Source: Azolla caroliniana (lineage: Eukaryota; Plantae; Polypodiophyta). Taken from it: DNA of 64,000 nucleotides. Numbering within the stretch: position 1 is the first letter of the stretch; each line of letters begins with the position of its first letter. Under the pieces are notes generated by a model. That model saw only the letters and a program-made list of their open reading frames with translations. It was not told the origin of the DNA and made no database searches. The stretch is taken from NCBI GenBank assembly GCA_043228905.1, contig JBHGNT010000006.1:248001-312000 (forward strand). Reading direction: 5' to 3'. The translations under genes were made by a program, and so were the position numbers. Positions 14,751 through 29,900 of the stretch are shown one piece after another.

Positions 14751-17700
14751 TGAATACAAAAATCCGATGTCACACGAGCCAGGTATGAACAATTTAATTC
14801 ACCTACTAGCTCTTCTCAACTCAGTCCTCAAATTTGGTAATTTCGTCATGTCTCTCGACCTGAGTTTCAAAATCTTGATTTTTTAATTCTATATGATAGC
14901 TAGCGTTGTTAGCTTCGATTCGCATGTTTGAACACAAAAATCCGATATCACACGAGCCAGGTATGAACATTTTAATTTACCTACTAGCTCTTCTCAACTC
15001 AATCCTCAAATTTGGTAATTTCGTCATGTCTCTCGACCTGAGTTTCAAAATCTTGATTTTTTAATTCCATATCATAGCTAGCGTTGTTAGCTTCGATTCG
15101 CATGTTTGAACACAGAAATCCGATATCACACGAGCTAGGTATGATCATTTTTATTTACCTACTAGCTCTTCTCAACTCACTCCTCAAATTTGGTAATTTC
15201 TTCATGTCTCTCGACCTGAGTTTCAAAATCTTGATTTTTTAATTCCATATCATAGCTAGCGTTGTTAGCTTCGATTCGCATGTTTGAACACAAAAATCCG
15301 ATATCACACGAGCCAGGTATGAACATTTTAATTTACCTACTAGCTCTTCTCAACTCAATCCTCAAATTTGGTAATTTCGTCATGTCTCTCGACCTGAGTT
15401 TCAAAATCTTTATTTTTTAATTCCATATCATAGCTAGCGTTGTTAGCTTCGATTCGCATGTTTGTACACAAAAATCCGATATCACACGAGCCAGGTATGA
15501 ACATTTTAATTTACCTACTAGCTCTTCTCAACTCACTCCTCAAATTTTGTAATTACGTCATGTCTCTCGATCTGAGTTTCAAAATCTTGATTTTTTAATT
15601 CCATATCATAGCTAGCGTTGTTAGCTTCGATTCGCATATTTGTACTCAAAAATCCGATATCACACGAGCCAGGTATGAACATTTTAATTTACCTACTAGC
15701 TCTTCTCAACTCACGCCTCAAATTTCGTAATTTCTTCATGTCTCTCGACCTGAGTTTCAAAATCTTGATTTTTTAATTCTATATCATAGCTAGCGTTGTT
15801 AGCTTCGATTCGCATGTTTGAACACAAAAATCCGATATCACACGAGCCAGGTATGATCATTTTTATTTACCTACTAGCTCTTCTCAACTCAATCCTCAAA
15901 TTTGGTAATTTCGTCATGTCTCTCGACCTGAGTTTCAAAATCTTGATTTTTTAATTCTATATCATAGCTAGCGTTGTTAGCTTCGATTCGCATGTTTGAA
16001 TACAAAAATCCAATGTCACACGAGCCAGGTATGAACATTTTAATTTACCTACTATCTCTTCTCAACTCAATCCTCAAATTTGGTAATTTCGTCATGTCTC
16101 TCGACCTGAGTCTCAAAATCTTGATTTTTTAATTCCATATCATAGCTAGCGTTGTTAGCTTCGATTCGCATATTTGTACTCAAAAATCCGATATCACACG
16201 AGCCAGGTATGAAGATTTTAATTTACCTACTAGCTCCTCTCAACTAACTCCTCAAATTTGGTAATTTCGTCATGTCTCTCGACCTGAGTTTCAGAATCTT
16301 GATTTTTTAATTCTATATCATAGCTAGCGGTGTTAGCTTCGATTCGCATATTTGTACTCAAAAATCCGATATCACACGACCCAGGTATGAACATTTTAAT
16401 TTACCTACTAGCTCTTCTCAACTCAGTCCTCAAATTTGGTAATTTCGTCATGTCTCTCGACCTGAGTTTCAAAATCTTGATTTTTTAATTCTATCTGATA
16501 GCTAGCATTGTTAGCTTCGATTCGCATGTTTGTACACAAAAATCCGATGTCACACGAACCAGGTATGATCATTTTTATTTACCTACTAGCTCTTCTCAAC
16601 TCAGTCCTCAAATTTGGTAATTTCGTCATGTCTCTCGACCTGAGTTTCAAAATCTTGATTTTTTAATTCTATATGATAGCTAGCGTTGTTAGCTTCGATT
16701 CGCATGTTTGTACACAAAAATCCGGTATCACACGAGCTAGGTATGAACATTTTTATTTACTCAAGGGCTCCTCTCAACTCGCTCCTCAAATTTTGTAATT
16801 ACGTCATGTCTCTCGACCTGAGTTTCAAAATCTTGATTTTTTAATTCCATATCATAGCTAGCGTTGTTAGCTTCGATTCGCATATTTGTACTCAAAAATC
16901 CGATATCACACGAGCCAGGTATGAACATTTTAATTTACCTACTAGCTCTTCTCAACTCACTCCTCAAATTTCGTAATTACGTCATGTCTCTCGACCTGAG
17001 TTTCAGAATCTTGATTTTTTAATTCCATATCATAGCTAGCGTTGTTAGCTTCGATTCGCATGTTTGAATACAAAAATCCGATGTCACACGAGCCAGGTAT
17101 GAACAATTTAATTCACCTACTAGCTCTTCTCAACTCAGTCCTCAAATTTGGTAATTTCGTCATGTCTCTCGACCTGAGTTTCAGAATCTTGATTTTTTAA
17201 TTCCATATCATAGCTAGCGTTGTTAGCTTCGATTCGCATGTTTGAATACAAAAATCCAATGTCACACGAGCCAGGTATGAACATTTTAATTTACCTACTA
17301 TCTCTTCTAAACTCAATCCTCAAATTTTGGTAATTTCGTCATGTCTCTCGACCTGAGTTTCAAAATCTTGATTTTTTAATTCCATATCATAGCTAGCGTT
17401 GTTAGCTTCGATTCGCATGTTTGAATACAAAAATCCGATGTCACACGAGCCAGGTATGAACAATTTAATTCACCTACTAGCTCTTCTCAACTCAGTCCTC
17501 AAATTTGGTAATTTCGTCATGTCTCTCGACCTGAGTTTCAAAATCTTGATTTTTTAATTCTATATGATAGCTAGCGTTGTTAGGTTCGATTCGCATGTTT
17601 GAACACAAAAATCCGATATCACACGAGCCAGGTATGAACATTTTAATTTACCTACTAGCTCTTCTCAACTCAATCCTCAAATTTGGTAATTTCGTCATGT

Positions 17701-19899
17701 CTCTCGACCTGAGTTTCAAAATCTTGATTTTTTAATTCCATATCATAGCTAGCGTTGTTAGCTTCGATTCGCATGTTTGAACACAGAAATCCGATATCAC
17801 ACGAGCCAGGTATGATCATTTTTATTTACCTACTAGCTCTTCTCAACTCACTCCTCAAATTTGGTAATTTCTTCATGTCTCTCGACCTGAGTTTCAAAAT
17901 CTTGCTTTTTAATTCCATATCATAGCTAGCGTTGTTAGCTTCGATTCGCATGTTTGAACACAAAAATCCGATATCACACGAGCCAGGTATGAACATTTTA
18001 ATTTACCTACTAGCTCTTCTCAACTCAATCCTCAAATTTGGTAATTTCGTCATGTCTCTCGACCTGAGTTTCAAAATCTTTATTTTTTAATTCCATATCA
18101 TAGCTAGCGTTGTTAGCTTCGATTCGCATGTTTGAATACAAAAATCCGATGTCACACGAGCCAGGTATGAACAATTTAATTCACCTACTAGCTCTTCTCA
18201 ACTCAATCCTCAAATTTGGTAATTTCGTCATGTCTCTCGACCTGAGTCTCAAAATCTTGATTTTTTAATTCCATATCATAGCTAGCGTTGTTAGCTTCGA
18301 TTCGCATATTTGTACTCAAAAATCCGATATCACACGAGCCAGGTATGAACATTTTAATTTACCTACTAGCTCTTCTCAACTCAATCCTCAAATTTGGTAA
18401 TTTCGTCATGTCTCTCGACCTGAGTTTCAAATTCTTTATTTTTTAATTCCATATCATAGCTAGCGTTGTTAGCTTCGATTCGCATGTTTGAACACAAAAA
18501 TCCGGTATCACACGAGCCAGGTATGAACATTTTTATTTACTCAAGGGCTCCTCTCAACTCGCTCCTCAAATTTTGTAATTACGTCATGTCTCTCGACCTG
18601 AGTTTCAAAATCTTGATTTTTTAATTCCATATCATAGCTAGCGTTGTTAGCTTCGATTCGCACATTTGTACTCAAAAATCCGATATCACACGAGCCAGGT
18701 ATGAACATTTTAATTTACCTACTAGCTCCTCTCAACTAACTCCTCAAATTTGGTAATTTCGTCATGTCTCTCGACCTGAGTTTCAAAATCTTGATTTTTT
18801 AATTCTATATCATAGCTAGCGGTGTTAGCTTCGATTCGCATATTTGTACTCAAAAATCCGATATCACACGACCCATGTATGAACATTTTAATTTACCTAC
18901 TAGCTCTTCTCAACTCAGTCCTCAAATTTGGTAATTTCGTCATGTCTCTCGACCTGAGTTTCAAAATCATGATTTTTTAATTCTATATGATAGCTAGCGT
19001 TGTTAGCTTCGATTCGCATGTTTGTACACAAAAATCCGATGTCACACGAACCAGGTATGATCATTTTTATTTACCTACGAGCTCTTCTCAACTCACTCCC
19101 CAAATTTGGTAATTTCTTCATGTCTCTCGACCTGAGTTTCAAAATCTTGATTTTTTAATTCCATATCATAGCTAGCGTTGTTAGCTTCGATTCGCATATT
19201 TGAACACAAAAATCCGATATCACACGAGCCAGGTATGAACATTTTTATTTACTCAAGGGCTCCTCTCAACTCACTCCTCAAATTTTGTAATTACGTCATG
19301 TCTCTCGATCTGAGTTTCAAAATCTTGATTTTTTAATTCCATATCATAGCTAGCGTTGTTAGCTTCGATTCGCATGTTTGAATACAGAAATCCAATGTCA
19401 CACGAGCCAGGTATGAACATTTTAATTTACCTACTATCTCTTCTCAACTCAATCCTCAAATTTGGTAATTTCGTCATGTCTCTCGACCTGAGTTTCAAAA
19501 TCTTTATTTTTTAATTCCATATCATAGCTAGCGTTGTTAGCTTCGATTCGCATGTTTGTACACAAAAATCCGATGTCACACGAACCAGGTATGATCGTTT
19601 TTATTTACCTACTAGCTCTTCTCAACTCACTCCTCAAATTTGGTAATTTCTTCATGTCTCTCGACCTGAGTTTCAAAATCTTGATTTTTTAATTCTATAT
19701 GATAGCTAGCGTTGTTAGCTTCGATTCGCATGTTTGAACACAAAAATCCGATATCACACGAGCCAGGTATGAACATTTTAATTTACCTACTAGCTCTTCT
19801 CAAGTCAATCCTCAAATTTGGTAATTTCGTCATGTCTCTCGACCTGAGTTTCAAAATCTTGATTTTTTAATTCCATATCATAGCTAGCGTTGTTAGCTT

Positions 19900-22400
19900 C
19901 GATTCGCATGTTTGAACACAAAAATCCGATATCACACGAGCCAGGTATGAACATTTTAATTTACCTACTAGCTCTTCTCAACTCAATCCTCAAATTTGGT
20001 AATTTCGTCATGTCTCTCGACCTGAGTTTCAAAATCTTGATTTTTTAATTCCAAATCATAGCTAGCGTTGTTAGCTTCGATTCGCATGTTTGAACACAAA
20101 ATTCCGGTATCACACGAGCCAGGTATGAACATTTTTATTTACTCAAGGGCTCCTCTCAACTCGCTCCTCAAATTTTGTAATTACGTCATGTCTCTCGACC
20201 TGAGTTTCAAAATCTTGATTTTTTAATTCCATATCATAGCTAGCGTTGTTAGTTTCGATTCGCATATTTGTACTCAAAAATCCGATATCACACGAGCCAG
20301 GTATGAAGATTTTAATTTACCTACTAGCTCTTCTCAACTCAATCCTCAAATTTGGTAATTTCGTCATGTCTCTCGAGCTGAGTTTCAAAATCTTGATTTT
20401 TTAATTCCATATCATAGCTAGCGTTGTTAGCTTCGATTCGCATGTTTGAATACAAAAATCCGATGTCACACGAGCCAGGTCTGAACAATTTAATTCACCT
20501 ACTAGCTCTTCTCAACTCAGTCCTCAAATTTGGTAATTTCGTCATGTCTCTCGAGCTGAGTTTCAAAATCTTGATTTTTTAATTCTATATGATAGCTAGC
20601 GTTGTTAGCTTCGATTCGCATGTTTGAACACAAAAATCCGATATCACACGAGCCAGGTATGAACATTTTAATTTACCTACTAGCTCTTCTCAACTCAATC
20701 CTCAAATTTGGTAATTTCGTCATGTCTCTCGACCTGAGTTTCAAAATCTTGATTTTTTAATTCCAAATCATAGCTAGCGTTGTTAGCTTCGATTCGCATG
20801 TTTGAACACAAAAATCCGGTATCACACGAGCCAGGTATGAACATTTTTATTTACTCAAGGGCTCCTCTCAACTCGCTCCTCAAATTTTGTAATTACGTCA
20901 TGTCTCTCGACCTGAGTTTCAAAATCTTGATTTTTTAATTCCATATCATAGCTAGCGTTGTTAGTTTCGATTCGCATATTTGTACTCAAAAATCCGATAT
21001 CACACGAGCCAGGTATGAAGATTTTAATTTACCTACTAGCTCCTCTCAACTAACTCCTCAAATTTGGTAATTTCGTCATGTCTCTCGACCTGAGTTTCAA
21101 AATCTTTATTTTTTAATTCCATATCATAGCTAGCGTTGTTAGCTTCGATTCGCATGTTTGAACACAAAAATCCGATATCACTCGAGCCAGGTATGAACAT
21201 TTTAATTTACCTACTAGCTCTTCTCAACTCAATCCTCAAATTTGGTAATTTCGTCATGTCTCTCGACCTGTGTTTCAAAATCTTGATTTTTTAATTCCAA
21301 ATCATAGCTAGCGTTGTTAGCTTCGATTCGCATGTTTGAACACAAAAATCCGGTATCACACGAGCCAGGTATGAACATTTTTATTTACTCAAGGGCTCCT
21401 CTCAACTCGCTCCTCAAATTTTGTAATTACGTCATGTCTCTCGACCTGAGTTTCAAAATCTTGATTTTTTAATTCCATATCATAGCTAGCGTTGTTAGCT
21501 TCGATTCGCATGTTTGAACAGAAAAATCCGGTATCACACGAGCCAGGTGTGAACATTTTTATTTACTCAAGGGCTCCTCTCAACTCGCTCCTCAAATTTT
21601 GTAATTACGTCATGTCTCTCGACCTGAGTTTCAAAATCTTGATTTTTTAATTCCATATCATAGCTAGCGTTGTTAGTTTCGATTCGCATATTTGTACTCA
21701 AAAATCCGATATCACATGAGCCAGGTATGAAGATTTTAATTTACCTACTAGCTCCTCTCAACTAACTCCTCAAATTTGGTAATTTCGTCATGTCTCTCGA
21801 CCTGAGTTTCAGAATCTTGATTTTTTAATTCTATATCATAGCTAGCGGTGTTAGCTTCGATTCGCATGTTTGAACACAAAAATCCGATATCACACGAGCC
21901 AGGTATGAAGATTTTAATTTACCTACTAGCTCCTCTGAACTAACTCCTCAAATTTGGTAATTTCTTCATGTCTCTCGACCTGAGTTTCAAAATCTTGATT
22001 TTTTAATTCCATATCATAGCTAGCGTTATTAGCTTCGATTCGCATGTTTGAACAGAAAAATCCGGTATCACACGAGCCAGGTGTGAACATTTTTATTTAC
22101 TCAAGGGCTCCTCTCAACTCGCTCCTCAAATTTTGTAATTACGTCATGTCTCTCGACCTGAGTTTCAAAATCTTGATTTTTTAATTCCATATCATAGCTA
22201 GCGTTGTTAGTTTCGATTCGCATATTTGTACTCAAAAATCCGATATCACATGAGCCAGGTATGAAGATTTTAATTTACCTACTAGCTCCTCTCAACTAAC
22301 TCCTCAAATTTGGTAATTTCGTCATGTCTCTCGACCTGAGTTTCAGAATCTTGATTTTTTAATTCTATATCATAGCTAGCGGTGTTAGCTTCGATTCGCA
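19900..22400. repeat. Cluster of short 4-mer and 3-mer tandem duplications
   Basis: CCAAATC 20054/20766 and AGTTTCG 20253/20965 are +712 (4x178). AACAGAAAAA..GGTGTGAAC 21521/22055 and CACATGAG 21717/22251 are +534 (3x178). Confidence 0.85.
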
Positions 22401-23964
22401 TATTTGTACTCAAAAATCCGATATCACACGACCCAGGTATGAACATTTTAATTTACCTACTAGCTCTTCTCAACTCAGTCCTCAAATTTGGTAATTTCGT
22501 CATGTCTCTCGACCTGAGTTTCAAAATCTTGATTTTTTAATTCTATATGATAGCTAGCGTTGTTAGCTTCGATTCGCATGTTTGTACACAAAAATCCGGT
22601 ATCACACGAGCTAGGTATGAACATTTTTATTTACTCAAGGGCTCCTCTCAACTCGCTCCTCAAATTTTGTAATTACGTCATGTCTCTCGACCTGAGTTTC
22701 AAAATCTTGATTTTTTAATTCCATATCATAGCTAGCGTTGTTAGCTTCGATTCGCATATTTGTACTCAAAAATCCGATATCACACGAGCCAGGTATGAAC
22801 ATTTTAATTTACCTACTAGCTCTTCTCAACTCACTCCTCAAATTTCGTAATTACGTCATGTCTCTCGACCTGAGTTTCAGAATCTTGATTTTTTAATTCC
22901 ATATCATAGCTAGCGTTGTTAGCTTCGATTCGCATGTTTGAATACAAAAATCCGATGTCACACGAGCCAGGTATGAACAATTTAATTCACCTACTAGCTC
23001 TTCTCAACTCAATCCTCAAATTTGGTAATTTCGTCATGTCTCTCGAGCTGAGTTTCAAAATCTTGATTTTTTAATTCTATATCATAGCTAGCGTTGTTAG
23101 CTTCGATTCGCATGTTTGAACACAAAAATCCGATATCACACGAGCCAGGTATGATCATTTTTATTTACCTACTAGCTCTTCTCAACTCACTCCTCAAATT
23201 TGGTAATTTCTTCATGTCTCTCGACCTGAGTTTCAAAATCTTGATTTTTTAATTCCATATCATAGCTAGCGTTGTTAGCTTCGATTCGCATGTTTGAACA
23301 CAAAAATCCGATATCACTCGAGCCAGGTATGAACATTTTTATTTACTCAAGGGCTCCTCTCAACTCGCTCCTCAAATTTTGTAATTACGTCATGTCTCTC
23401 GACCTGAGTTTCAAAATCTTGATTTTTTAATTCCATATCATAGCTAGCGTTGTTAGCTTCGATTCGCATGTTTGAACACAAAAATCCGGTATCACACGAG
23501 CCAGGTATGAACATTTTTATTTACTCAAGGGCTCCTCTCAACTCGCTCCTCAAATTGTGTAATTACGTCATGTCTCTCGACCTGAGTTTCAAAATCTTGA
23601 TTTTTTAATTCCATATCATAGCTAGCGTTGTTAGTTTCGATTCGCATATTTGTACTCAAAAATCCGATATCACATGAGCCAGGTATGAAGATTTTAATTT
23701 ACCTACTAGCTCCTCTCAACTCAATCCTCAAATTTGGTAATTTCGTCATGTCTCTCGACCTGAGTTTCAAAATCTTGATTTTTTAATTCCATATCATAGC
23801 TAGCGTTGTTAGCTTCGATTCGCATGTTTGAACACAAAAATCCGATATCACACGAGCCAGGTATGAACATTTTTATTTACTCAAGGGCTCCTCTCAACTC
23901 ACTCCTCAAATTTGGTAATTTCTTCATGTCTCTCGACCTGAGTTTCAAAATCTTGATTTTTAAA

Positions 23965-26900
23965 TTCCATATCATAGCTAGCGTTGTTAGCTTCGATTCG
24001 CATGTTTGAACACAAAAATCCGATATCACACGAGCCAGGTATGAACATTTTAATTTACCTACTAGCTCTTCTCAACTCAATCCTCAAATTTGGTAATTTC
24101 GTCATGTCTCTCGACCTGAGTTTCAAAATCTTGATTTTTTAATTCCATATCATAGCTAGCGTTGTTAGCTTCGATTCGCATGTTTGAACACAAAAATCCG
24201 ATATCACACGAGCCAGGTATGAACATTTTAATTTACTCAAGGGCTCCTCTCAACTCACTCCTCAAATTTTGTAATTACGTCATGTCTCTCGACCTGAGTT
24301 TTAAAATCTTGATTTTTTAATTACATATCATAGCTAGCGGTGTTAGCTTCGATTCGCATATTTGTACTCAAAAATCCGATATCACACGACCCAGGTATGA
24401 ACATTTTAATTTACCTACTAGCTCTTCTCAACTCAGTCCTCAAATTTGGTAATTTCGTCATGTCTCTCGACCTGAGTTTCAAAATCTTGATTTTTTAATT
24501 CTATATGATAGCTAGCGTTGTTAGCTTCGATTCGCATGTTTGTACACAAAAATCCGATGTCACACGAACCAGGTATGAACATTTTTATTTGCCTACTAGC
24601 TCTTCTCAACTCACTCCTCAAATTTGATAATTTCGTCATGTCTCTCGACCTGAGTTTCAAAATCTTGATTTTTCTATTCCATATCATAGCTAGCGTTGTT
24701 AGCTTCGATTCGCATGTTTGTACACAAAAATCCGATATCACACGAGCCAGGTATGAACATTTTAATTTACCTACTAGCTCTTCTCAACTCACTCCTCAAA
24801 TTTGGTAATTTCTTCATGTCTCTCGACCTGAGTTTCAGAATCTTGATTTTTTAATTCCATATCATAGCTAGCGTTGTTAGCTTCGATTCACATGTTTGTA
24901 CACAAAAATCCGATATCATACGAGCCAGGTATGAACATTTTTATTTACTCAAGGGCTCCTCTCAACTCACTCCTCAAATTTTGTAATTACGTCATGTCTC
25001 TCGACCTGAGTTTCAAAATCTTGATTTTTTAATTCCATATCATAGCTAGCGTTGTTAGCTTCGATTCGCATGTTTGTACACAAAAATCCGATATCACACG
25101 AGCCAGGTATGAACATTTTTATTTACCTACCAGCTCTTGTCAACTCACTCCTCAAATTTGGTAATTACGTCATGTCTCTCGAGCTTAGTTTCAAAATCTT
25201 GATTTTTTAATTCCATATCATAGCTAGCGTTGTTAGCTTCGATTCGCATATTTGTACTCAAAAATCCGATATCACACGAGCCAGGTATGAACATTTTAAT
25301 TTACCTACTAGCTCTTCTCAACTCAATCCTCAAATTTGATAATTTCGTCATGTCTCTCGACCTGAGTTTCAAAATCTTGATTTTTTAATTCCATATCATA
25401 GCTAGCGTTGTTAGCTTCGATTCGCATGTTTGAACACGAAAATCCGATATCGCACGAGCCAGGTATGAACATTTTAATTTACCTACTAGCTCTTCTCAAC
25501 TCACTCCTCAAATTTGGTAATTTCTTCATGTCTCTCGACCTGAGTTTCAAAATCTTGATTTTTCTATTCCATATCATAGCTAGCGTTCTAAGCTTCGATT
25601 CGCATGTTTGAATACAAAAATCCGATGTCACACGAGCCAGGTATGAACATTTTAATTTACCTACTAGATCTTCTCAACTCAATCCTCAAATTTGATAATT
25701 TCGTCATGTCTCTCGACCTGAGTTTCAAAATCTTGATTTTTCTATTCCATATCATAGCTAGCGTTGTTAGCTTCGATTCGCATGTTTGTACACAAAAATC
25801 CGATATCACACGAGCCAGGTATGAACATTTTAATTTACCTACTAGCTCTTCTCAACTCACTCCTCAAATTTGGTAATTTCTTCATTATTCTCGACCTGAG
25901 TTTCAGAATCTTGATTTTTTAATTCCATATCATAGCTAGCGTTGTTAGCTTCGATTCGCATGTTTGAACACAAAAATCCGATATCACACGAGCCAGGTAT
26001 GAACATTTTAATTTACCTACTAGCTCTTCTCAACTCACTCCTCAAATTTGGTAATTTCTTCATGTCTCTCGACCTGAGTTTCAGAATCTTGATTTTTTTA
26101 TTCCATATCATAGCTAGCGTTGTTAGCTTCGATTGGCATGTTTGAATACAAAAATCCAATGTCACACGAGCCAGGTATGAACATTTTAATTTACCTACTA
26201 GCTCTTCTCAACTCAATCCTCAAATTTGGTAATTTCGTCATGTCTCTCGACCTCAGTTTCAAAATCTTGATTTTTTAATTCCATATCATAGCTAGCGTTG
26301 TTAGCTTCGATTCGCATGTTTGAATACAAAAATCCGATGTCACACGAGCCAGGTATGAACAATTTAATTCACCTACTAGCTCTTCTCAACTCAGTCCTCC
26401 AATTTGGTAATTTCGTCATGTCTCTCGAGCTAGGTTTCAAAATCTTGATTTTTTAATTCCATATCATAGCTAGCGTTGTTAGCTTCGATTCGCATGTTTG
26501 AACACAAAAATCCGATATCACATGAGCCAGGTATGAACATTTTAATTTACCTACTAGCTCTTCTCAACTCAATCCTCAAATTTGGTAATTTCGTCATGTC
26601 TCTCGACCTGAGTTTCAAAATCTTGATTTTTTAATTCCATATCATAGCTAGCGTTGTTAGCTTCGATTCGCATGTTTGTACACAAATATCCGATATCACA
26701 CGAGCCAGATATGAACATTTTTATTTACCTACTAGCTCTTCTCAACTCAGTCCTCAAATTTGGTAATTACGTCATGTCTCTCGACCTGAGTTTCAAAATC
26801 TTGATTTTTAAATTCCATATCATAGCTAGCGTTGTTAGCTTCGATTCGCATGGTTGTACTCAAAAATCCGATATCACACAAGCCAGGTATGAACATTTTA

Positions 26901-29900
26901 ATTTACCTACTAGCTCCTCTCAACTAACTCCTCAAATTTGGTAATTTCGTCATGTCTCTCGACCTGAGTTTCAAAATCTTGATTTTTTAATTCTATATCA
27001 TAGCTAGCGTTGTTAGCTTCGATTCGCATCTTTGAACACAAAAATCCGATATCACACGAGCCAGGTATGAACATTTTAATTTACCTACTAGCTCTTCTCA
27101 ACTCAATCCTCAAATTCGGTAATTTCGTCATGTCTCTCGACCTGAGCATCAAAATCTTGATTTTTTAATTCCATATCATAGCTAGCGTTGTTAGCTTCGA
27201 TTCGCATGGTTGAATACAAAAATCCGATGTCACCGAGCCAGGTATGAACAATTTAATTCACCTACTAGCTCTTCTCAACTCAGTCCTCAAATTTGGTAAT
27301 TTCGTCATGTCTCTCGAGCTGAGTTTCAAAATCTTGATTTTTTAATTCTATATGATAGCTAGCGTTGTTAACTTCGATTCGCATGTTTGAACACAAAAAT
27401 CCGATATCACACGAGCCAGGTATGAACATTTTAATTTACCTACTAGCTCTTCTCAACTCAATCCTCAAATTTTGTAATTTCGTCATGTCTCTCGACCTGA
27501 GTTTCCAAATCTTGATTTTTTAATTCCATATCATAGCTAGCGTTGTTAGCTTCGATTCGCATGTTTGTACACAAATATCCGATATCACACGAGCCAGGTA
27601 TGAACATTTTTATTTACCTACTAGCTCTTCTCAACTCACTCCTCAAATTTGGTAATTTCTTCATGTCTCTCGACCTGAGTTTCAGAATCTTGATTTTTTA
27701 ATTCCATATCATAGCTAGCGTTGTTAGCTTCGATTCGAATGTTTGAACACAAAAATCCGATATCACACGAGCCAGGTATGAACATTTTAATTTACCTACT
27801 AGCTCTTCTCAACTCAATCCTCAAATTTGGTAATTTCGTCATGTCTCTCGACCTGAGTTTCAAAATCTTCATTTTTTAATTCCATATCATAGCTAGCGTT
27901 CTTAGCTTCGATTCGCATGTTTGAACACAAAAATCCGATATCACACGAGCCAGGTATGAACATTTTAATTTACCTACTAGCTCTTCTCAACTCACTCCTT
28001 AAATTTGGTAATTTCTTCATGTCTCTCGACCTGAGTTTCAGAATCTTGATTTTTAAATTCCATATCATAGCTAGCGTTGTTAGCTTCGATTCGCATATTT
28101 GTACTCAAAAATCCGATATCACACGAGCCAGGTATGAAGATTTTAATTTACATACTAGCTCCTCTCAACTCACTCCTCAAATTTGGTAATTTCGTCATGT
28201 CTCTCGACCTGAGTTTCAGAATCTTGATTTTTTAATTCTATATCATAGCTAGCGTTGTTAGCTTCGATTCGCATATTTGTACTCAAAAATCCGATATCAC
28301 ACGAGCCAGGTATGAACATTTTAATTTACCTACTAGCTCTTCTCAACTCAATCCTCAAATTTGGTAATTTCGTCATGTCTCTCGACCTGAGTTTCAAAAT
28401 CTTGATTTTTTAATTCCATATCATAGCTAGCGTTGTTAGCTTCGATTCGCATGTTTGTACACAAAAATCCGATATCACACGAGTCAAGTATGAAGATTTT
28501 AATTTACCTACTAGCTCCTGTCCACTAACTCCTCAAATTTGGTAATTTCGTCATGTCTCTCGACCTGAGTTTCAGAATCTTGATTTTTAAATTCTATATC
28601 ATAGCTAGCGTTGTTAGCTTTGATTCGCATGTTTGAATATAAAAATCCGATGTCACACGAGCCAGGTATGAACATTTTAATTTACCTACTAGCTCTTCTC
28701 AACTCAGTCCTCAAATTTGGTAATTTCGTCATGTCTCTCGACTTGAGTTTCAAAATCTTGATTTTTTAATTCCATATCATAGCTAGCGTTGTTAGCTTCG
28801 ATTCGCATGTTTGAACACAAAAATCCGATATCACACGAGCCAGGTATGAACATTTTTATTTACTCAAGGGCTCCTCTCAACTCACTCCTCAAATTTGGTA
28901 ATTTCGTCATGTCTCTCAACCTGAGTTTCAAAATCTTGATTTTTTAATTCCATATCATAGCTAGCGTTGTTAGCTTCGATTCGCATATTTGTACTCAAAA
29001 ATCCGATATCACACGACCCAGGTATGAACATTTTAATTTACCTACTAGCTCTTCTCAACTCAGTCCTCAAATTTGGTAATTTCCTCATGTCTCTCGACCT
29101 GAGTTTTAAAATCTTGATTTTTTAATTCCATATCATAGCTAGCGTTGTTAGCTTCGATTCGCATGTTTGAAACCAAAAATCCGATATCACACGAGCCAGG
29201 TATGAACATTTTTATTTACTCAAGGGCTCCTCTCAACTCACTCCTCAAATTTGGTAATTTCTTCATGTCTCTCGACCTGTGTTTCAAAATCTTGATTTTT
29301 AAATTCCATATCATAGCTAGCGTTGTTAGCTTCGATTCACATATTTGTACTCAAAAATCCGATATCACACAAGCCAGGTATGAAGATTTTAATTTACCTA
29401 CTAGCTCCTCTCAACTAACTCCTCAAATTTGGTAATTTCGTCATGTCTCTCGACCTGAGTTTCAAAATCTTGATTTTTTAATTCCATATCATAGCTAGCG
29501 TTGTTAGCTTCGATTCGCATGTTTGAACACAAAAATCCGATATCACACGAGCCAGGTATGAACATTTTTATTTACTCAAGGGCTCCTCTCAACTCACTCC
29601 TCAAATTTTGTAATTACGTCATGTCTCTCGACCTGAGTTTCAAAATCTTGATTTTTTAATTCTATATCATAGCTAGCGTTGTTAGCTTCGATTCGCATAT
29701 TTGTACTCAAAAATCCGATATCACACAAGCCAGGTATGAACATTTTAATTTACCTACTAGCTCTTCTCAACTCACTCCTCAAATTTCGTAATTACGTCAT
29801 GTCTCTCGACCTGAGTTTCAGAATCTTGATTTTTTAATTCCATATCATAGGTAGCGTTGTTAGCTTCGATTCGCATGTTTGAACACAAAAATCCGATATC

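Noticed and set aside
24433-24741. 102-aa minus-strand ORF
   Set aside because: Antisense read-through of two monomers, opened by a single A>G change near 24591; no recognisable domain.
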